DNA of 64,000 bases from assembly GCA_035084275.1 (NCBI GenBank), contig CM068777.1, positions 1,116,001 through 1,180,000 of the forward strand, read 5' to 3'. The first letter of the stretch is position 1; every line of letters starts with the position of its first letter. The position numbers were made by a program, and so were the translations under genes. A model generated the notes under the pieces. That model worked only from the letters and a program-made list of their open reading frames with translations, did not search any database and was not told the DNA's origin. Origin of the DNA: Hydrolagus colliei (lineage: Eukaryota). This document shows positions 34,801 through 46,800 of this stretch, piece by piece.

Positions 34801-37800
34801 ACTCCTCTCTCTCTATCCCTCCCATCTCTCTCTTCCCCCACACCTCTCTATCTCTATCCCCCCCCATCTCTTTATCCCCCCTCCTCTCTATCCCCCTCCC
34901 CTCTATCCCCCTTCCCCGTCCTCTCTATCCCCCCCATCTCTCTATCGAGAAGCTCGCGAGATTTAAAGTGTGTAAACATTCGTTATAGCGAAAGCAGCCT
35001 TTGTTAAGCGGAGAAGTGGTACAAATAGAAACCCTCGTTATAGTGAAGTTTTGATAACCGGGCGTTCGGGAAGTGGGGTCTACCTGTAGTTTCAAAACAA
35101 AGCAGAGGAGAGTTGAGGAGAAATGTTTTCACTCAACGGGTTGTTTGAATCTGTAATGCATTGCCTGAAAAGATAGTGGAGACTGATTTGATAGCAGCTT
35201 TAAAAAGAGAATTAGATCTTTATTTAGGGAGAACAGGTCTGTTAGGTTATGGTGAGAGAGCTGGGCAGTGAGATTGAGTTGCTCTTATCAAAGAGCCGGC
35301 ACAGACCAGATGGGCCAAATTGCCTCTTTTTGTGCCGTAAAATTCTATGATTCTATGAAATGGGCTTCTACTGTACTAACTGTTCTACTTTCAGCCACTT
35401 GGTGTCACCATTGTCCTTATAAAAAAGATGGCCCAATCATAAAATATAATATTATAATAATAATCCTTGCATTTGACAATGTCTCAAAAGTGCTTCACAG
35501 AATATACCATCAAGTGACTGCATTTTGGCAGCGAATTGCGCTGTTTCCCACAAAAGAAGTGGATTAAGTGACCAAATTATTAGGTTTAAAATGTATTTTA
35601 TCTTAAGGGTTATTACCCGTAGAATGTGAGCCAATTAAATTTAAATCCACTTAAGTGATGATTAAATATTTAAATCCACTCAAATGAGATTTGGTAGATA
35701 TTCCCTAATAATAATTCTTGCAATTGATACAGCCTGCTATAGAAATTATAAAACACTGAATGTATACTCCTGGAACTGTTAAGATTGTACTGCGTGGGTC
35801 AGAAACCCCAGAAGGTTTCAGAAATCATGTACTACAGAAGTTACTTTTTTTATATATAAATGAAGAAAAAACAGAGCCTGAGTATCCAAACATGTAGGAA
35901 CCAGGCAAATAATTATTTCAGCAATTGTCTTATCAATGTTTGAGCTCCTCTGGTTCGGATTGACTGTATACGTTGTGAGCGAAATGACAGCAGGTAGCGT
36001 CCCGCAAACAGTCATGAGTTGAGTTGTGACCACATTTTTTTTGGTGGCAGGAGGGATTATTCCCTCCGATGTTAATATCAACAGATGTAACGGGCCTCAG
36101 CAGAGACACAGTATAACTCAAACAAAAGCAGAAGTTGCTGAGGAAAACTCAGCAGGTCAGGCATGGAGAAAGGAAAGTGAGTCAACATTTCGGATCCACG
36201 ACCCTTCGTCAGAGACGTGGACCTGAAATGTTCACTCACTTTCCTTTCTCCGTGGATGCTGCCTGATCTGCTGAGTTTTCCCAGCAATTTCTGTCTCTGT
36301 TTCAGATTTCTAGCATCTGTAGTACAGTATTTTGTGTTTTTGACACAGTATAACTCATGCTCCCTGTCTGCTGGTTCAAGGTGCTTCATCCAGTGGTGAT
36401 ATGGATATTCTTCTGACTCATCCCGACTATACCTCAGAGTCAACCAAAAAGGTGAGTTGGGATTAACCGAGATAGGATTTTACAGGATATTTGAACCAAT
36501 TTAGAAATCAGCCAGGACAGATTAAAAGGAACTGATGCAGCCACAATTTTCACACGCACACAGCTATTTATAGCCGTATTTATAGATTGTGGTCTTCAAA
36601 ATTATGTGGGGTTTTGCAATAAATAAGGAGAAACTGTTTCCTCTGGTGGGCGGGTGGGTCGGTAGCCAGAGGACACAGCTCTAAGATAATAATAGTAAAA
36701 GTCCTTCCATTTGATATAGCGCTTTTTACATCATTGGCAAAAGAACAAGAAGGGAGACATTCTTTTGCTTCGAGACATCGCTTCTGTGTTCGAGGCGTTT
36801 CAAAGCTACACAAAATATACTGTAAAGTGTATTAACTGTTATGTTTTGTGGGCGATAAGATCTCTCTTCCCCCAAAAGGCTGTGGATTATGGCTGGATCC
36901 ATTCACCTCTTCCAGACTGAGGTGGATTGATGTTGTTAAGTAATCAAAGGATTATCAAAGGAATGGAGCGAAGGTGGTTGAGGTAGAGATCAGCTGTGAT
37001 CTAATAGAATGGTGTAACAGGTTTGAGGGGCTGAATGGCCTCCTCCTGTTCCAATAAGCCACGACTTGTTTTGTGTATTTTGTGTGGGAACGAAACCAAG
37101 CTTGTCGCTTCCTGATCAGATCACAGAGCTCCAAGGCATCCGCAACTCTAAAGGCAAATTGCTTCTGAAAATATTCGTTAGGGTTTGATTTTAAAGTCCT
37201 GACTGACAAGTCATGATGTGCTCTCAGCAACAGCAGCACCCGGTTCAGAGCACGCGTACAAAGGGAGGGAGGAAAAACAGCAAGTGCATAGCTTTAATCA
37301 AAGGCTAACTTAGTAGTAATAATAATAGTCCTTGCTTTTGATATAGCGCCTTATCATGCCTTTGAGATGTCTCATGGCGCTTCACAGGATATACCGTAAG
37401 GTGATTTGAATTTTGTGGATGATGGGATTATTACCTCAAGAAAAGCAATCCACTGTTCGACTTATGATGAGGATGTCCGAAGGTGCCGTCGAAGAGAGAG
37501 ATCTTGAGATTGGCGCAGAGCTAGGGAGGAGCAAGGCCGAGGAGGGCTTCAGAATTTTTAACTCAATCCTCGAATGGCGGGGCGGCTGATGGGGAACTAG
37601 TGGATTCACCAAAACCCATATCCAACAGGTAGCAACGATCTAACTTAAATGCCATACATTTAACATGTGCTTCAGGGCTGTAATATATTAAAAGCGCATA
37701 TTATTCCTACTCACACCACATGTTAAAAAACAAGGTCGTATTTTACATTTGAAAGAAACTGCGATGTGTGCAGACACGCAAATGTGCCTTAACCCAATCG

Positions 37801-40800
37801 TTTCAGTAGTTCCACATCTGTAGCTTTTGTAACCTTCAGGGCATTCGGATTGACTGTCAGTTTATAAATAATGATAAGCAGCATAATAATCTTTGAGTTT
37901 GATATAGCGCATTATCACCTTGTTAAGACACCTCAAAGAGGATATACTGAAAAGTGTAGTGACTTTGTATCTTGTGGGTGATAATGTGATTCCAAGCCCC
38001 AATGTGGGGGTTGAACCCACAATATTCTGACTCAAGAGAGAGAGAGAGCGCTACCTTAGCCCGAGGCTGACACTGAATTTTTGTAATATTCTCAACATTA
38101 TATGTGGTATAGAAACATGCCGGGAACATAATGCAAATATTTCTCCACCACATCTAATGGGGAAAAAAATTAATCTTATTCTACAATTGGTAACATAACA
38201 ACATCTGGGACTGAAAACAAACTCAATCCTCTAGCCAACTCTCATATCTGAATAATCTCCCAGGTAAAATTAGTCACTCAACCCATGACTGTTGGTGGGG
38301 ACACTGCTGTACTCAATTGGCTGCCACGTTTCACCACAAAACACAGTCAATCCACTTCACTGTGAAGCGCTTTGAGACAGCTCAACGATGTGATGGATAA
38401 GGAGCTATATAAAATGCAAGACTTATTATCATATTAAATGCAAGCATTATTAATAAGATGCAAATGTTTATATGGGTTCCTTCTGCAGAAATCCTCATGA
38501 GAAAGAATGAGAAATCCTCTGGATTTCAAGCACTGCTCATTGAGGCTGTGGCGTGTTTGGGAATGAAGGAAATGTACTGACTGCTGTTCAACTTGACATT
38601 TGTTTGGGATATTTTCAGCCAAAGCTTCTCCACCGAGTTGTGGAATGTTTGGAAGCGACGGGATTTGTGACAGAAACCATTTCCAAAGGGGACACCAAGT
38701 ATATGGTGAGTAGCTCTGGTTATTTCTGTTTCGTGGTGAAATGAAAATGGTAACAACAACAACTTGCATTCACACAGCGCCCTTCACACAGGTTGGATTT
38801 GGAACCCTTAACGGTGGCGGAGCACAGCACTGAGCCAGAGGACCGTGAGCACAGTCGGAGAGGAAGGTGTTCAGTCGGGATCTGAAAGAGGGGAAAGAGT
38901 GGGCAAGGCGCAGGACAGATTGAGGGGAGGGAGTTCCAAAGCTTCAGGGCACAGTGGCTGAAATCGCAGCCACCGATGATGGAGCAGAGGGACAAACAGG
39001 CCAGAGCCAGCTGAGGAGGCAGCGGGTAGTTGAGTGGGGAGGCAGCAGGTCAGAGAGATAGAGTGTCAGAGTGTGAAGGGGTACGTTAGCGAGGGAGAGG
39101 TCGCTACAGCCTGCTGATAAAAGTTAGGTGAATAGTCTTCAGAGAATGTCTCTTCCTCTTGTTTCAGTATCACAAACCTATTTAAGTACTCTTAATTTTT
39201 TTGAAAAAAGGCAGATGTTTAAAGTGCTGGCAGCAGAATGGTGTAATAATAATAATCCTTGTATTTGTTATAGAATCGTAGAATCTCACAGCACAGAAGG
39301 GGGCTATTCGGCCCATCACATCTGTGCCGGCTCTTTGAAAAGCTGCCAACTATTCCCACTCCCACTGTCCCACAAACTATCATGGATTAAGTGACCACTT
39401 TAATATAGAGCCTTATCAAGTTGTTGAGAAGTGCTTCACGGAACATATGGTAAAGTAAATTGACTGTGTATTTTGTGGGCAAAATGTGAAAGCCAATTAC
39501 ACACAGCAGTGGCTCGCAAACAGGCGTGGATTTTTGAAGGGATTATTACCCGGAAAGCAAACTGCCGGGTTCCTAAACTTGCCTAAGTTTCCTCCTACCC
39601 GGGAATTGAATCCAGGTCCTCTTGATTGCATGGCGAGCACTCTAACTAACCGCTACTCTAGACTCCCACCAGCATCTGCTACAGTTGGTTTGTGTCTGCA
39701 CAAGAAACCATCCATCAAGCAATGATCTGAGGTGAGCCTGTGGCGTTCAAAATCCACGGGCGATCGGGAGAAGGTTGAGGGCTCAAATCACCAGTTCTGA
39801 TGAGCAGAGTACAAAAACACATTTCATTCACTCCCCATCTCGATCTTTGAAATCGAATCAGTGATGTTCATCTTAACTGGCTTCCTGTTGGTAACTCAAC
39901 CCTCCCGTTCTGTCATCTCAATCCTCACTATTCTTTCAAAGGTACAAAACCTGATCTGAGGGAAGTTCTTAAGTTTTAATACAGAATTTTTTCTTTTTGA
40001 AATTCCCTTCAGCTGGGCAGGCGGGCTGTCTGGAGGAGGGGCAGGGCAGGCGTGCTTTACTCTTCAGATGTTTCGCTCATTGATGTTTGTTTCAGATCAT
40101 TGTAACATCACCTGCTCAGTCTTTCCAACAGCGAGGAAGTGAGTTTTGGGAACCCGAGTGTGAAATACTTACAAACGTTTGGATTAATTTGAGAATTAAA
40201 TTACAAAAGCAATTGTGGCTTCTCTTAACGTGGGGATCGTGTCAAATGAACCTGACAAGTAATTAAACAATATTTCCTGCATCCACCTTCGCTTTCGCCG
40301 TGTCCCGGTTATGGGACACTGCTGTGTGCAATCGGCTGCCACGATTCGCCCCACGTATGTACAGTCGATTCAGTTTACAGTATATTCTGGGAAGCGGTTT
40401 GAGACTTCTCAGCCATATGATAAGATGCTATGGGACGTCCTCCTGACATGAAAGGCACTAAAGTGTAATTTTGTTGTTGTTATTATTTATGTTGTTATTT
40501 GGTGTGAGTGACTTTGTGTAATACAGGTATTCCTCGCTTAACATCGTAGTTTGGTTCTTGTTAAGCGAATACATTTTTCCCATAAGAATTAATGTATCAA
40601 CTGGAGTTAGGTTCTTTTGGACATTCTTCATCAAAATTTTCTTTAAAAAAACCATTATACTCGCTCCCAGCTCACTCACTCGCTCCCTGACTGCCTGCCC
40701 GGCTCACTCACTCGCTGCCGGTCTCACTCGCTGCCGGCTGGCTGGTCTCACTCTCTGCCGACCTGCCTCGCTCTCTCACTGCCGGCCTAGCTCACTCCCA

Positions 40801-43800
40801 GCCTGTCTGTCACTCTCTTGACGCGCAGGCCCTAGTGCGGTAGTGCCCCCTTTCCACCCACTGGTGAACAATGTAATAGTGAACGTCACAACGTTTAATG
40901 AATATACAATAAAAGCCTATTTATCCGTTACCCTCGGGACCTGGCCAATCAGATTGGGACCCAAGCGAGGGAGAAGGGCGGGGTAGGGGGCAGTGGTCGG
41001 AGAGTTTGGAGGGAAGCGGAAGCCATGGTCGAAGATGAGGGTCTTGAGACCGGTTTTGAAGGAGGCGAGGGAGGGAGCGAGGCGAAGGGACTGTGGGATG
41101 GAGTTCCAGAGAGTGGGGTCAGAGAGGCTGAAAGCCCATCTACCAAATGTAGGGTGGGTCAGGTGGGGGACATGGAGCAGGCCGGAGCCCACTGAACGGA
41201 GGGGGCGGGGAGACTTGTAGGGGGACAGCAGGTCAGGGAGGTAGGTGGGAGCAAGGCCATGAATGGCCTTGAAGCCAGACCTCACGGACGAAGATCTTGA
41301 ATTTGAATTATAATATTATAGTGTTAGTGAATATGTGTATAATAAAAACAGTACAGTAATACAGTACAGTATAATAATCCACAGTAAAAGCCCGTTTATC
41401 CGGCACTCTCAGGACCTGGCCAATGCTGGTTAAAGCGCATGCCGGATATTCGGGCGGCCAGCTGCCGAAATCCCAACACAAAAAAAATTAACTTAAAAAA
41501 ACCCCACAGGTAATTACATTTTTTTAAACATACCATATTAATAATAGACTAAATAATAAAAAGAATATTGTATAGATGCTTACCAATAAAGCAATAAATA
41601 TTGATTAGTCTATAAACAAAGCACACAATCACAAAGCAAACTTTTTTTTTCTGTTAAAGGGGTGCACATACACTCAGCCAGTCTGGCATTTCAATGGCTC
41701 CAAACCCAACCACCCTCCACTCCTCTCATTTTCCATCTAAATTAATCAACTCTCCCCCTCTCTCTCTCCCCCATCTTTCTCTCCCCCCACTCCTCTCTCT
41801 TTCTCCCCGCCCCCTTTCCCTCTCTTTCTCCCTCCCCACCATCCATCTTTCCCACTCCCCCCCCCCCCCCCCCCACACCCACCCTCTTTCGCTCCCTGCC
41901 TCTCTTGCCTTCTCCCACCCCACCCCCACCAAAACCTATGATTCCATCAGGCTACACAGACAATACGTAGTATCCATCAGAGAGAGAGGGGAAGGGGAAA
42001 GAGAGAGGGAGAGATAGAGAGGAAGGAAGGAGAGGGGGAGAGAGAGAGAGAGAAAAAGAGGGAGCAGAGAGAAAAAGGAGAATGCCCCTTTAAGAAGAAA
42101 GACCTGAAGTGACACTACCGACAGCATTCAGAACTAATCATACTGTACTCTAGTGCAACAATCGACTCATTAAATGCGCCACAGTGATTGTGCCGGATAA
42201 GATCTGGTTAATCGAATGGGGACTTTTTTTTGAGGTGCCGATTATATGGAAGTCACGGTTGACTGGGTCATGGATAAACGGCTTTTTCTTTCATTTAATA
42301 TGTATAATATAATAGAGTGCGATTGAATATGTTGGTATAATAATACAGTAACATATAGTGTGAGTGAAGGTGTGTATACCAATATACAGTAGAAGCCCGT
42401 TTATCCGTGACTCGATGAATCGGCACTTCCGCATAACCGGCACGCCAAAAAAAAGGCCCCATTCGATAAACTGGAACTTATCCGGAACAATAGCAGTGGA
42501 TCATTTGTAAATGCATAAAACATAACATAATAACAGAATATTATATTGGTACTTATTGTTAAAACTACTCTCTACCTTTGCTGGTAGATGCTGCGCTTGA
42601 AGCCATGGTGCTGCAGTTGAGGTTTATAGTCCAGCAAATCTTTTTAAAATGGAGCACGCCAAGCGGGTGAAAAAACCACGACTTTGAAGCCTTACTTGCA
42701 GCAAGCCGATAACGCTAGCCGATAACCCACATTGTCGCACAGGTGCAGTATTTTGGTTTGCCACTAGTAGAGTCTAGGGCTATCGGCTCGCCGTTAGTAA
42801 AGTCGCCAGACTTTAAAATCGCGCTGCCGTTTTTTTCACCCACTTGGCGTCCTCCATTTAAAAAAGAATCGCTGGACTATAAACCTCAATCAGGTAAAGG
42901 TGAGAAACGTGTGAGAGTAGTTTTAACAATGAGTACCAATACAATATTCTGCTATTATTCAGTCTGGTATGTATGGTGTGTATTAAAAGAACTTTAATGT
43001 TTTTGTGGTGGGTTTTTGGCAGGCGCTTTAACCAGCATTGGCCAGGTCCTGCGGGTGCCGGATAAACAGGCATTTACTGTAATAATATTGAATGTGTATA
43101 ACAATAACAATACAATAATATATAGTGTGTCCGTGTGTGGGTATAATAGTTTGAGTGATTGTGTGTATAATAATAGAGAGAGTGAATGACTGTATATAAT
43201 AATACAGAGTATGAGTGAATGTGTGTGTATCGTAATATAATAATATAGTGTGACTCTCTAATATAATATAGTATGTGTGTTACTGTGTGATTAACAATAT
43301 TATAATATAATATAGTGTGAGGGATTGTGTATAATAATATAATTCAGGCAGGTCATGGTGAAACCTTGGGCAAGTCCTTATTTCAGGCGCCTAATAATAA
43401 TCCCTTCAAAAGAAACACAATAATAAAAATTGGTCATTTCAATCCATCACTGTTTGTGGGACACTGCTGTGTGCAACTGGCTGCCGCGTCTCACCCACAA
43501 AATACACAGTTACTCCACTTTACGGTACAACCTGTGAAACGCTTCGAGGCATCTTGACAGGGTGATAAGGCGGTATATCAAATGCAAGAATGATTATTAT
43601 AAGTTCATAATAATAAGAAAAGTAGGATGTAAACCTGTACCATTGAAACTGTAATTTAAAAATTTCCAGTTGCTTAGCCAAGTAGCCGTTGACTTATCTG
43701 GAACTGAGCGATGTATTGAGTGTAAAATAGCCTGAGGATATGTAGGAGGGTTTTGGAGGAAAAAAGAGAAGGATGTGGTTTCTCTATTAGTATTCTCCAT

Positions 43801-46800
43801 CGGAAACAGGAGACAAAAAACGCTTCCAATTTACTGAGAGCTCTGTGTTGAGGTTTTATTTGGACTTTGGTCTGATAGTTTAATTGTTACTTTGATCTAC
43901 ACATCCTTTACAAGAGAGAGATGAGTCCTGTAGCCCAGTGGTTAGAGAGCGTGCCTTGTCAAGCAAGAGGACCCAGGTTCGATTCCTGGGCAGGGTGAAA
44001 TGTTGGGCAAGTTTCCTTACCCTGCACACACGCCTCTGTTTACCCAGCAGTAAGTAGGAACCCGCTTGTTATCAATTGACGAATGGCTTTCTGGGAATAA
44101 TAATCCCATCAAACGAACAAATGAAGGAATCATTTGGTCACTCAATCTACGACTGTGTGTGGGGGACGCTGCTGTACCCAATTGGCTGCCGCGTTTTGCC
44201 TACAAATATACAGTCAATTAACTTTCCATATATTCTTTGAAGCGCTTTGAGAAGTGTTCCACAAACGGTTGTGGATTGCGTGACCAAATTATTTTTAAAT
44301 TTATTTTTGGAGGGATTATTACCTCCAGTTTCCTACTGACGCCTGGGTAAACAGAGGCATGCAGAGTAGGAAAACTTTCCAAAGTTTCCTCCCTGCCTGT
44401 AACTCAAACCCAGGTCCTCTGGCTTGCGAGACGAGTGCTCTAACCACTGAGCTACAGGACTCGCCAGGTTGAACTGGACAATTTTCTCAATGTGACTGTT
44501 TACTATATGATCGCAACCTGATGCTCTGGATAATTTGGGTGGGGGAAATGGAAAATGTTTTTGCTAGAGATTTCATAATGGTGAATTCCTACGTGAGTAG
44601 TTAATATTTACTGTACAGAAATAATTATTGGGCTGATATTATGGAACTATACGACCTCAGTGAGGAGCCAACACAAGTTGTTTTTTTGTGTGAAAAGATT
44701 TATAGAGATAGTAGTGGAGGCTAGGATAAGTCTTAGTTGGGGTTGCCTGGATATGATGTATACAGAAGCACTGTGCTGGGGGTGATAAGGGAATAATAAT
44801 AATAATAATCCTGACACTATAGTGCTTTATCACATTGTTAAAGACGTCTCAAAGCGCTTCACAGAATGTTACCTGTCTTTTTTCCTGTTAATCAAACGGT
44901 GCTTTATCGTAATTCTTTTTTTGAAGTACCAGTTGTGGGTACTGAACACTGATCTCATGGCCGTATGTGAAAAGAAATCATTTTGTTTCCTATAACACCT
45001 TATTATATCAGTTTCAAAGTGTTCACAGGTAATTACAGTGATTGTTAACCAGGACATCTGGCAAACCTGTCTTTTTGAACAGTATCATGCGATCTTTAAC
45101 CAGTGGAAGTTCAGGCAGACGGTGCCTTGGTTTATTCATAATATTATTTGCCTTATTTGCCTTATCACCACATTGAGATGTCTAAAGCGTTTCATAGAAT
45201 ATACTGGAAAGTATATATTTTGTAGGCAAAACACAGGGGACTATTGCACACAGCAGTGTCCCACAAACAGTTGTGGATTGAGTCACCAAATTATTATTAT
45301 TTGTTCGAGGGATTATCACCCCTGGAAAGCAACCCACCGATCGACTAACAAATGGGTTCCTACCTATTTACTCTTAGGTATTCAGAGGTGTGTGGAGCAA
45401 GGAAACTTGCCTTAGGTTTTGCCCCGGCTTCGAACCAAACCCAGATTGTCTCGCTTGCTCTAACCAATATACTACAGGAGTCCAGTTTAACATATCATGC
45501 AAAATATATGGCTTCCAACACATTCCCCTGGCACTGAGTGTGGAGGGTGAGTTCAGTGTTTCATGTGGGGCTTCAACCCACACCTTGTGATCAGTGCTGG
45601 TGTGTGTGTGTAGGCACAGCCCAGTGTATTTGCTAACCTTCTGATCATCAATTGCTTGATGACTCCACAATTCATAGGTGTCTATGCCCTGTCCATCTGC
45701 CTACTTGTTTGAAGAAGTCCGACTCCAATTTGTTAAGGAAACATTACAGTCATTAATTGTTACAGACAGCTGCTTTGGAGACACTAAAGATGGACTTCAT
45801 CGTATCAGCTATTTAGCGGTTTGGTCTGGGCATAACTATAGCTTCCAAAGGGATTATTACCCCCTGCTTTTCCGGACATAATAATCCTTTCAATAAATAA
45901 TAATAATAATTTGGTCAATCAATCCACGGCTGTGTGTGTGGAGCTTCTGTGCGCAATTGGCTGCCTGCCACATTTCACCCACAAACTATAGTCAATCCAC
46001 TTTACAATATTGTTCTGTGAAATACTCAATGATATGATGAGGTGCCAATATCAAATACAAGGATTGCTGTTATTATTATTAATCTATAGATTTGCTTTGC
46101 AGAAAATTCTCCAAATGAGCACATCAGCAACGCCACTGGTTTAAAACAATCTGGAGTTTGAAAGCCTATTGATTGTGTCTTTATTATGTGTCCACAAGTG
46201 CACTGAAATTCCAGGGCTTTAGATATATATCATCAGAGCCACCGGGGAACAAACGGGTGATTAAAATATCACACGTTTAGTATCACAGACTTTTTACGCT
46301 CGATAATGACATCCTTTGAGCGGACGCATCTGAACAATAAGGACCTTCCCCTTACGCCCACGGGTTACACATAAAACACAAGGAGTATCTGAGAGCCTTT
46401 CAACTGTATCCACTCGCACGGTGTTTGGTTTGTGAACCCACAATAGCAGCTGGGTGGGAATGGTAACATCATACTGGGGCACAACAGAGAGACTGGGGTG
46501 GGGGGGGAGGGTTAAGGTACATTGCTGGGTGAGGGGACGTGGACCTTGATGTTGTACCTCACCAGCGTTAGACTGAGGCCTGGGGTGTTTGACATTGATA
46601 TAGGGCACTAAACACCCAAATAGATTTGGTTCTCAAGATCAGAGCTCTTTCATCTCAAGCACCAAACTAATGTTGTAATGTGAACCGCACGCTATCTGCT
46701 CTGCAAGCCACTCACCATGCACTCCTGACCTGCGGCAGAGAAACCATCAGGTCAAAACACCCAGCTTCCCAACCTGGGGGCCTGCATACACCAAATCTTC

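Larger units (their letters stand above)
33137..35086. mobile_element. Tigger-like MITE family 1, inserted in a CR1 fragment and carrying a nested hAT-like element
   Basis: ta|caggtagacccc ... ggggtctacctg|ta; flanks rejoin to the CR1 sequence gatttaaaaTAgtttcaaaac. Confidence 0.85.

Noticed and set aside
39790-39870. C/D snoRNA or hammerhead candidate (ctgatgag…)
   Set aside because: No terminal stem with a properly placed D box, and no stem II/GAAA geometry.
40660-40830. AAV ITR/Rep-binding-like GCTC/CTCACT repeats
   Set aside because: A degenerate minisatellite within a Tigger-like fragment, with no T-shaped hairpin and no rep/cap homology nearby.
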